From Planctomycetota bacterium (GTDB taxonomy: Bacteria; Planctomycetota; UBA8742; UBA2392): a stretch of 64,000 nt of DNA. The stretch is taken from the NCBI GenBank assembly GCA_020425605.1, contig JAGQRH010000001.1, positions 92,650-156,649 on the forward strand. The letters are read 5' to 3'. Positions 1 to 6,730 of this stretch are shown here, one piece after another; within the stretch, counting starts at the first letter, position 1, and each line of letters opens with the position of its first letter. The notes under the pieces are model-generated. The model saw only the letters and a list, made by a program, of their open reading frames with translations, had not been told where the DNA came from and did no database searches. The position numbers were made by a program, and so were the translations under genes.

Positions 1-1
1 G

Positions 2-445
2 ATGATGGAGTCCGACCCGGGCCACGCCACCGGCTACAAGAGCCGCCTGGCCGCGCTGCGTGAGTCGCTGCAGGCCCTGCGCGCAGAGTATGAGCCCAAA
101 CTGAAACTGCTGACGAAGCGCCGCTTTGTTTCAAACCATGACGCCTTTCCATACTTCGCACGCGAATTCGGGCTAGAGCAGGTTGGCGTCATCCAGCGCA
201 CGCCCGGCAGCAATCCCACTATTGCCGAGCGACGCGAGATCGAGAATACACTCAAGGAAGGCAAAGCCGACGCGATCTTCATGGAGCCCGGCTTCGATGA
301 CGCAGCTTCGCGCGCGATTGCCGAAAGCAGCGGACTGCCCCTGGCCGTGCTGGACCCGTTCGGCGTCGGCAAGCCCGCACCTGACGCGCTGCAGGCAGTC
401 CTGCGCAAGAACCTGGAAACGGTGCTGAAGACCCTTGGCGACTGA
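2..445 (+). CDS. znuA: Metal (Zn/Mn) ABC transporter substrate-binding protein, C-terminal part (truncated by window start)
   Basis: HDAFPYFAREFGL, PT..E, IFMEP and LDPFG motifs of the ZnuA/TroA family; followed by ATPase and permease. Confidence 0.88.
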   Translation: MMESDPGHATGYKSRLAALRESLQALRAEYEPKLKLLTKRRFVSNHDAFPYFAREFGLEQVGVIQRTPGSNPTIAERREIENTLKEGKADAIFMEPGFDDAASRAIAESSGLPLAVLDPFGVGKPAPDALQAVLRKNLETVLKTLGD

Positions 446-1154
446 GCCCCTGTTGACGCTGGAACACGTATCCGTCAGCGCCGGCGGGCGCAAGCTCGTG
501 GACAACGTCAGCTTCGAGCTTCCGCGCGGCAAACTGATCGCGCTGATCGGGCCGAACGGCGCGGGCAAGACAACGCTGCTGCGCGCGATTCTCGGCCTGA
601 TGAAGCACGAGGGGCGCGTGCAGATCAACGGCCGAATCGGCTACGTACCGCAGCGTCTGCAATACGACCGCACGTTGCCGATGAACGTCATGGAGTTCAT
701 GGCGCTGACGTTGCAGAAGCGCCCGGTTGCGTTCGGCGTGGCGTCGCGGGTCAAACGTCGTGTACTGGAATTGCTGGACGCCGTCGGCGCGAAGAAGTTG
801 GCGCGCGCGCACCTTGGTGGGTTGTCGGGCGGCGAGTTGCAACGCGTGATGCTCGCGAGCGCGCTGCAGGATCAGCCGGAGCTGCTGTTGTTGGACGAGC
901 CCGCAGCCGGTGTCGACATCGAGGGCGAAGCGACATTCAACGACCTGATCACACAGCAGGTGCGCGAACACAACGCGACGGCCGTTCTCGTCAGTCACGA
1001 TTTGAGCGTGGTGTCCGACCTGACGGATCAGGTCGTGTGCTTGAACCAGTCGCTGAAATGCATCGGAGATGCGAAGGACCTTCTGACGGCCGAGCGAATC
1101 GCTGAGGTATTCGGCGGGCACAAGGCGGTCTACGGACATCATCATCACCACTAG
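435..1154 (+). CDS. znuC: Metal ABC transporter ATP-binding protein
   Basis: Walker A GPNGAGKT, IGYVPQ, signature LSGGE, Walker B LLLLDEP; C-terminal HHHHH. Confidence 0.93.
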   Translation: MATEPLLTLEHVSVSAGGRKLVDNVSFELPRGKLIALIGPNGAGKTTLLRAILGLMKHEGRVQINGRIGYVPQRLQYDRTLPMNVMEFMALTLQKRPVAFGVASRVKRRVLELLDAVGAKKLARAHLGGLSGGELQRVMLASALQDQPELLLLDEPAAGVDIEGEATFNDLITQQVREHNATAVLVSHDLSVVSDLTDQVVCLNQSLKCIGDAKDLLTAERIAEVFGGHKAVYGHHHHH

Positions 1155-1238
1155 GTGTTTGGTGTTGGTTGTTTGGAAACAACTGAGAGTCCAAACACCA
1201 AACACCAAACACCGAGCCCTAAGCACCAAACACCGACT
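1155..1238. repeat. Inverted heptamer tandem-repeat element (GGTGTTT arm / AAACACC arm), empty
   Basis: gtgtttggtgttggttgtttgg, 14-nt spacer, then ccaaacaccaaacaccaaacaccgagccctaagcaccaaacaccgact. Confidence 0.85.
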
Positions 1239-2072
1239 ATGTTCGACGTCATCGCAAACTACTTCACCAACGACTGGCAGCTGCCCATTCTGCTGAGCGT
1301 GGTTTGCGTATCGATTGCCTCAGGCGTGCTGAGCCCGATCGTGATCAGCAGCCGCATGGCGTTCTTCAGTGACGCGGTCGCGCACAGCACCCTGGCGGGT
1401 GTCGCGCTGGGGCTGCTGCTGGGGCTGGGCAACCCGGTGATCACCATGGTGCTGATGGGCGTGATGGTTGCGCTGATCATCGCATCGCTGCGGCAGTTCA
1501 CGACGCTGGCACTGGATACCCTGCTGGGCGTGGCGATGGCCGGCTCGCTGGCCGCGGGCTTTCTTCTTTACGAGTACCAGAAAGGCTACGCTGACCTGCA
1601 CAGCTATCTGTTCGGCCAGCCGAGCCTGTTGGGGTGGATGGATTTCTGGATGGTTGCGTTCAACGCCGCCATCTCGTTGCTGGTCATCATGCTGTTTTCC
1701 AACCGCTTCCTGTTGCTGGCCGTGTCGCGTCCGCTTGCCCAGGCGCGGCGGATTCCGGTGGCTCGCTACGAGTTTCTGCTGATCGTTCTGCTTGGCTTGG
1801 TGGTCAGCCTCAGTGTGCGTGCGGTGGGCCTGCTGATGGTCAACGCTCTGCTGATCGTGCCTGCCGCCGCCAGCCGCAATGTTGCACGCAGCGTGCGCGG
1901 CATGTTCATCGGCTCGATCGTTGTGGCAGTCGTTTCAGGCCTGACCGGGCTGTTTGCCGGCGACTTCCTGGGCCTGGCACCGGCGCCCGCCATTGTCGTG
2001 ACGGCCGTGATCTGCTTTATCGTCAGCCAGGTCCTGCGCCCGTTCGTCGGCCATCATGTAGCGGAAGCCTGA
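1239..2072 (+). CDS. znuB: Metal ABC transporter permease (start reassigned to ATG 1239)
   Basis: ABC-3 motifs AFFSDAVAHSTLAG, YLFG and VGLLMVNALLIVPAAAS; the N-terminal extension in the ORF track is translated repeat DNA. Confidence 0.92.
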   Translation: MFDVIANYFTNDWQLPILLSVVCVSIASGVLSPIVISSRMAFFSDAVAHSTLAGVALGLLLGLGNPVITMVLMGVMVALIIASLRQFTTLALDTLLGVAMAGSLAAGFLLYEYQKGYADLHSYLFGQPSLLGWMDFWMVAFNAAISLLVIMLFSNRFLLLAVSRPLAQARRIPVARYEFLLIVLLGLVVSLSVRAVGLLMVNALLIVPAAASRNVARSVRGMFIGSIVVAVVSGLTGLFAGDFLGLAPAPAIVVTAVICFIVSQVLRPFVGHHVAEA

Positions 2073-2093
2073 GCCGTGGCGTACACTTGAGCT

Positions 2094-2585
2094 ATGGCGG
2101 AAGAGACCAGGCGAGTTCCTGCCTTCCTATCCGGGCCGACCACGGCCACGGCCGTGCTGTTGCCGCTGCGTTTGTACGTCGGATACTGGTGGCTGAAGCT
2201 CGGGCTCAGCAAGCTGAGTGAAGGCTGGCTCAGTGCTGACCGGTATCCGCTGAATGACGTGGCCAAGACGCTCAACCCGCCGGACTGGTTCGCGGTCACA
2301 TTTATGGACGCGGCCAACGAGAACACACTTCTGTTTCAGTGGTTGATCGTGCTGGCGGAGCTACTGTTCGGCGCAATGATGCTTGCCGGTGCGGCCACTC
2401 GTGTGGCTGGCGCCGCGATCGCGCTGATGGCGCTGATTGGATTCATTGCGGCAGGCTACAACTTCGGATCATGGGAGATCCCAATGATCCTGATTTCGCT
2501 GACGCTGGCCGTTGCTGCGGCCGGGCGATATCTGGGGGCGGATGCCATCCTGCGCGCGCGTCTAGTGAAAGTTCCGCTGTTTTAG
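2094..2585 (+). CDS. DoxX/DoxD family membrane protein
   Basis: LRLYVGYWWLKLGLSKL, ELLFG..LAG and GRYLGADA motifs; 3-4 TM helices. Confidence 0.75.
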   Translation: MAEETRRVPAFLSGPTTATAVLLPLRLYVGYWWLKLGLSKLSEGWLSADRYPLNDVAKTLNPPDWFAVTFMDAANENTLLFQWLIVLAELLFGAMMLAGAATRVAGAAIALMALIGFIAAGYNFGSWEIPMILISLTLAVAAAGRYLGADAILRARLVKVPLF

Positions 2586-2600
2586 AGTCACGGGGGCGAG

Positions 2601-3059
2601 ATGGACCAGCTGTCGCCGAAAGCGCGATTCGACGCACTAGCCAGTGTCTTGCAGTTTCAGTCCGCACAGGTGGATTCGATTCGCCACAGCATCAATCACC
2701 TGCTCAAGGAAGTGAGTGAGCTGGTGCGGATGGTGAACGAGGCGATGAAGAGCGAGCATGCTGCCGCCGTGGTCGGCGATCTTGGCGGCGAAGCACGCGA
2801 GAAAATGCAGAGCCTGCTGGCAAGCTTCATCATGCGCACCATCAACTGCAACTATGACGAAGAGTTCTGCAACTATGCGGTCGAAGTCAGCCACGCCGAC
2901 GACGTGCCGCCGCGCCTGTTCAGCATGGGTTTGACCCTGGCGCTGGACTTCGTGGCGCAGACCCTGCCCGGGCAGGTTGAAGACCGCGAGCGCCTGACGG
3001 ACATGCTGAGCGCCTGGAATCGCCTGACTTCAATCCTGCGCGAGTTGACCCGCAAATGA
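2601..3059 (+). CDS. Stand-alone protoglobin/sensor-globin-like protein
   Basis: All-alpha; LQFQ..QV.SI, NYDEEF and H..DVPPRLF resemble the protoglobin pattern, but the FY motif is absent. Confidence 0.5.
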   Translation: MDQLSPKARFDALASVLQFQSAQVDSIRHSINHLLKEVSELVRMVNEAMKSEHAAAVVGDLGGEAREKMQSLLASFIMRTINCNYDEEFCNYAVEVSHADDVPPRLFSMGLTLALDFVAQTLPGQVEDRERLTDMLSAWNRLTSILRELTRK

Positions 3060-3766
3060 ACATCGAAGCACTCGCGGATGAAGTGATTCAGCGGCTGCGC
3101 AACTTCACCAACCGCGAACGGCAGGACGCGACACAGAACTACTTTCCCAGTAAACAGCAGAACCTTGGTGTGTACGCGGCAGATCTCAGGGGCGTTGTTC
3201 GCGATATCAAGAAACGTATCAATGGCGAAAGCAGCGCGGACGTTCTGAAGCTCGCGCTGGCCATCATCGCCCGCAACACACTCGAGGGGCGGCAGGCGGC
3301 CTACGAGATTCTCGAATCGCACAAGACTGCCGTCGCGGCGCTGAGGGCTCGAGACATTGAGGCGCTGGGTGAAGGCATCGACAACTGGGCCAGCGTGGAC
3401 GGCTTCGCCTGCGGCATCAGTGGCAAGGCCTGGCGCGAGGGACGGCTCAAAGATGCCGACATCAAGCGCTGGGCCCGCAGCAAGGACCCGTGGTGGCGCC
3501 GTGCTGCCGTCGTCAGCACCGTGCCGTTGAATCTGCAATCACGCGGCGGGACCGGCGACACGCCGCGCACCACCATGGTTTGTCAATTGGTTGTCGGCGA
3601 CGATCACGTGATGGTTCACAAGGCCCTGAGCTGGGCGCTGCGTGAGCTGTCAAGGCGCGACGCCAAGGCCGTGCGAGCATTCCTCAAGAAGCACGACGCA
3701 GAGCTTCCGGCGTTAGTGAAGCGAGAGGTGTTACGCAAGCTGACGACCGGGAAGAAGAATGGGTAG
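3056..3766 (+). CDS. DNA alkylation repair protein (AlkD-like HEAT repeat)
   Basis: IDNWASVD, WARSKDPWWRRAA and MVHKALSWALREL motifs. Confidence 0.85.
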   Translation: MNIEALADEVIQRLRNFTNRERQDATQNYFPSKQQNLGVYAADLRGVVRDIKKRINGESSADVLKLALAIIARNTLEGRQAAYEILESHKTAVAALRARDIEALGEGIDNWASVDGFACGISGKAWREGRLKDADIKRWARSKDPWWRRAAVVSTVPLNLQSRGGTGDTPRTTMVCQLVVGDDHVMVHKALSWALRELSRRDAKAVRAFLKKHDAELPALVKREVLRKLTTGKKNG

Positions 3767-3804
3767 CTGTTGGCACTTGGATGTTAGCCAGTGGCTAGCC
3801 GCTA
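3765..3804. repeat. Degenerate heptamer-period element between convergent genes
   Basis: AGCTGTT GGCACTT GGATGTT AGCCAGT GGCTAGC: RG every 7 nt, plus a TAGCC/GGCTA dyad. Confidence 0.4.
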
Positions 3805-4602
3805 CTTCCAGCCGTGGCTTTCGCGGCCGGGCAGCGAGGCGACAACTTCGGCCAGAATGGCCAGGGCGATCTCGGCCGGCGTTTGAGCGCCGATGCTCAT
3901 GCCGACCGGGCATTTGACGCGCGCCCATTGCTGTGGGCTGATGCCTCGTTGCGACGCTGTTTCACCCATCTTGGCAAACTTGGGCTTGCTGCCGATGGTG
4001 CCGAAGCGGACCCCTTCGCCCAGCTGCGTCAGCGCGGGAACCAGCCCGTCGAGGTCAAACTCCGCGTCGTAGCCCAGGCCGATCACGTGGGTGAACTTCG
4101 GCAGGTCTTCACGCGTCAAGTAGTCGCCGCCGCGTGCGCAGACAACATCCAGCGCGCTGGGGAAGTCAGTGGCTTTCGCGAAGTCTACGCGGTCGTCCAG
4201 CACCACGTACGGATACTCGAGCATGGCGCACAAGCCGGCGACCGCGCGCGCAACGTGGCCGCCGCCGAGCAGCAGCAGACAGGGCTTTTCCATGAAGACC
4301 TCGATGAACACCTCGTTTGCTCCGCCGCACAGGGACTGCACGAGATTCCCCGGGCGACTACTGAGTTCATAGGCGACACTTCGCCCACGGCCTTCGCGCA
4401 TGGCCTCGAGTGCCTGCGCGATCATCTGCCGTTCGGCGTCGCCGCCGCCGATTGTGCCCACGGTTTCGCCATTGTCCGTGACCAGCAGCTTAAAGCCGGA
4501 CTTGCCGGGGCTTGAGCCCTTGACCTTTACCAGGTGCACGAGCGCGAACCTCCGGTTGGACCGGATCAGTTCTGCCGCGCGTGCAAACACGTCGTGAAGC
4601 AT
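3802..4602 (-). CDS. xdhC: XdhC/CoxF family molybdoenzyme maturation factor
   Basis: KGSSPG, GTIGGG..E, CGG...VFIE, LGGGHVA, DDR and CPVGM.IGAQTPAEIA motifs. Confidence 0.9.
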   Translation of the reverse strand: MLHDVFARAAELIRSNRRFALVHLVKVKGSSPGKSGFKLLVTDNGETVGTIGGGDAERQMIAQALEAMREGRGRSVAYELSSRPGNLVQSLCGGANEVFIEVFMEKPCLLLLGGGHVARAVAGLCAMLEYPYVVLDDRVDFAKATDFPSALDVVCARGGDYLTREDLPKFTHVIGLGYDAEFDLDGLVPALTQLGEGVRFGTIGSKPKFAKMGETASQRGISPQQWARVKCPVGMSIGAQTPAEIALAILAEVVASLPGRESHGWK

Positions 4603-4611
4603 CTACAGATC

Positions 4612-4639
4612 AAACCGCCAAGGCGCCAGGACGCCAAGG
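4612..4639. repeat. 8-nt tandem repeat (CGCCAAGG/CGCCAGGA/CGCCAAGG), single arm
   Basis: aaaccgccaaggcgccaggacgccaagg in the mocA-xdhC spacer. Confidence 0.55.
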
Positions 4640-4662
4640 GGCTGTCCGAGCGATATGGCGGC

Positions 4663-5274
4663 TCAGGCCTGCTTGAGTGCCGCCTGGTATTCCTCGGGCG
4701 TGTCGATGTCGACCAGCACGCCGGGGTTGTCGCTGGGCACTTCCATCACCTGGGTGTGGTTGTCCTCGATCACCTTGCGGGCGGTCTCGCCTTGCTGCAG
4801 TTCCATGAAAGGCTGGCGGAAGCCGATGTCGACAAGCATGGGGTGACCGCGCTCGCCGTTGTGGGTCGGCATGAAAATGCGCATCAGGCTGGCGCGAGTT
4901 TCGGCGTAGCGATTGATCAGAGCAGCCACGTCGGCCGCCCTGATCAGCGGGCAATCTACAGGCCAGATCACGCAGCAGTCGGTACTGAAGTCGAGATTCT
5001 CCATGCCCAGCTGCGTGCTTGTGTACTGGCCGCGCTCCGGCGCCCTGTTGACCAGCACGGTCACGCCGTCGAGTCTTGCGCCGGCCCGGATTGCGTCGGC
5101 GTCCTTGCCCAGGATCACGAAGAACTTGCTGCATCCGCCTTCGCGCGCCGTGGCCAGCACGTGCTCAAGCAGCGGACGGCCGCGCCAGTCCAGTAGCGCC
5201 TTGGGTTGTCCCATGCGGGACGAGTCGCCCGCAGCCAGGATGATCGCGGCGGCAGTAATCGGTGGGTTCGCCAT
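4663..5274 (-). CDS. mocA: Molybdenum cofactor cytidylyltransferase-like NTP transferase
   Basis: LAAGDSSRMGQPKALL, VDCP, GERGHP and DIDTPEEY; adjacent to xdhC. Confidence 0.8.
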   Translation of the reverse strand: MANPPITAAAIILAAGDSSRMGQPKALLDWRGRPLLEHVLATAREGGCSKFFVILGKDADAIRAGARLDGVTVLVNRAPERGQYTSTQLGMENLDFSTDCCVIWPVDCPLIRAADVAALINRYAETRASLMRIFMPTHNGERGHPMLVDIGFRQPFMELQQGETARKVIEDNHTQVMEVPSDNPGVLVDIDTPEEYQAALKQA

Positions 5275-5313
5275 GCGCGCAGGATAGTCGCAACTGTGTC
5301 GCCTGTTGAGTGT

Positions 5314-5730
5314 TCACTCGGGCTTCTTGCTGGGCGGCATGAACAGCGGGGAAGAGCCGGACATGGTGACCTTCCACTTCTTGTTCTCCTGGATGCATAC
5401 CACCAGCTCGTCCTGCTCAACGATCTGCTCGTCTACTTCGCGCTTGGTGTGGATCGTGACCTTGGCGCGGTTGCCATCCAACACCGATTCGACGATCGTG
5501 AATTCATCGATGTTGCAGTAGTCCCAGCGGTTCCAGTCCATCCGCTCGTCGGACTTCTGGAAGCTCTCACCCTCGCGGCGGTGTACGGCCGCGTAGATGT
5601 CTTCCTGGTCGCCGGATTGCAGGGCTTCGATGAAACGGGTGACTGCTTCTTCGGGTGTATCCGCACCCTCATCACCGCCGCAGGCGGCAAGCAGCAGACA
5701 GAGTAGAAGCAGCGGCAACGTCTTTTTCAT
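5314..5730 (-). CDS. Lipoprotein, DUF4878/NTF2-like
   Basis: Lipobox LAAC; TPEEAVTRFIEAL..GD and terminal L..ENKKWKV pattern. Confidence 0.65.
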   Translation of the reverse strand: MKKTLPLLLLCLLLAACGGDEGADTPEEAVTRFIEALQSGDQEDIYAAVHRREGESFQKSDERMDWNRWDYCNIDEFTIVESVLDGNRAKVTIHTKREVDEQIVEQDELVVCIQENKKWKVTMSGSSPLFMPPSKKPE

Positions 5731-5776
5731 TCACCTAGTGTAAATCGGCCTGAACGATTGCGACCGGGCCGCAAAC

Positions 5777-5802
5777 GAAAAGCGGAGCCATTCGGCTCCG
5801 CT
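5777..5802 (-). terminator. Rho-independent terminator after fabL
   Basis: agcggagcc-attc-ggctccgct 9-bp stem; T-rich tail on the minus strand. Confidence 0.75.
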
Positions 5803-5827
5803 GAATTCGACTTTGCAGATTCGTGAA

Positions 5828-6607
5828 CTAGCCCGGCAGCATGATGGACAGACCGCCGTCGACGATGAACGTGTGGCCGTGAACCATGCTGGTGTAGTCG
5901 CTGCACATCAGCATGACCGCGTCCGCAACGTTTTCCGGCGTGACGAGCTTCTTGGCCGGCATCCACTGCAGGCTTTCCTCAATCATGGCTTCGCGATTCG
6001 GGAAGTGCTTCAGCGCGTCGGTATCAACAACGCTGGCACTGACCGCGTTGACGTTGATGCCCTGGCTGGCGTACTCGACGCACAGGTGACGCACGAGGCT
6101 CTCAAGCGCGGCCTTGCTGGCGCCGACAGCCGAGTAGTTCTGGAACGCGCGGATACTGCCGAGGCTGGAAACGGCGATTATCCGGCCGTTGCCCTTGCCA
6201 TCCGCACCCTTCATCATCGGGATCGCATGGCGCGAAAGCGGCAGCAGCGCGTAGGCGTTGATGTCGAGCGTCCAGGTCCAGTGATGGTGGGTGAGTTCAG
6301 CCGGCGGCTTCAGCACGCCTGAGGCGGCATTGCTGACGAGGAAGTTGAGCCCTCCCCACTTGTCGCCGATTTCGCCGAACATCTTTTCGATGTCTTCGTC
6401 CTTCGCGACGTTTCCCTTGAGCAGCAGTGGCTCTTTGCCGCCCGATGCGTCGAGAATCGCGCTTCTGGCTTCTTCGGCCGCGGCCTTGTTGCGCAGGTAG
6501 TTTACCGCGACGTCAGCGCCGGCCTTGGCCATCTTGATCGCAACGGAAAGGCCGATCCCGCGGGTTCCGCCAGTGACGAATACTTTTTTGCCGGCATAGT
6601 CGAACAT
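5828..6607 (-). CDS. fabL: Enoyl-ACP reductase FabL-type SDR
   Basis: TGGTRGIG, NAASGVLKP, SSLGSIR, NYSAVGASKAALESL and DTDALKHFPNRE match my recollection of B. subtilis FabL. Confidence 0.85.
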   Translation of the reverse strand: MFDYAGKKVFVTGGTRGIGLSVAIKMAKAGADVAVNYLRNKAAAEEARSAILDASGGKEPLLLKGNVAKDEDIEKMFGEIGDKWGGLNFLVSNAASGVLKPPAELTHHHWTWTLDINAYALLPLSRHAIPMMKGADGKGNGRIIAVSSLGSIRAFQNYSAVGASKAALESLVRHLCVEYASQGINVNAVSASVVDTDALKHFPNREAMIEESLQWMPAKKLVTPENVADAVMLMCSDYTSMVHGHTFIVDGGLSIMLPG

Positions 6608-6730
6608 AGCTGCTTCCAGACCCGCTTTCGCTCATTTACGCCGAGCGATATAACCAGAATGCCGGGATTTACAAAGTGCCGCGTGAGTCTACATAACCGG
6701 CGCGTGGGGATTGTAGGAAGGTTGTAACCC

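Noticed and set aside
1137-1151. Poly-His C-terminus of the ABC ATPase
   Set aside because: His-rich tails are common in ZnuC-type ATPases; used as supporting evidence only.
1155-1238. CRISPR array interpretation of the short repeats (also 12651, 54479, 55911)
   Set aside because: Units are 7-9 nt, tandem without unique spacers, and no cas genes are present.
3802-5274. Selenium-dependent molybdenum hydroxylase system (YqeB/YqeC) linked to the selenoprotein
   Set aside because: Only generic XdhC and MocA are present; no YqeC, SelD or hydroxylase subunits in the window.
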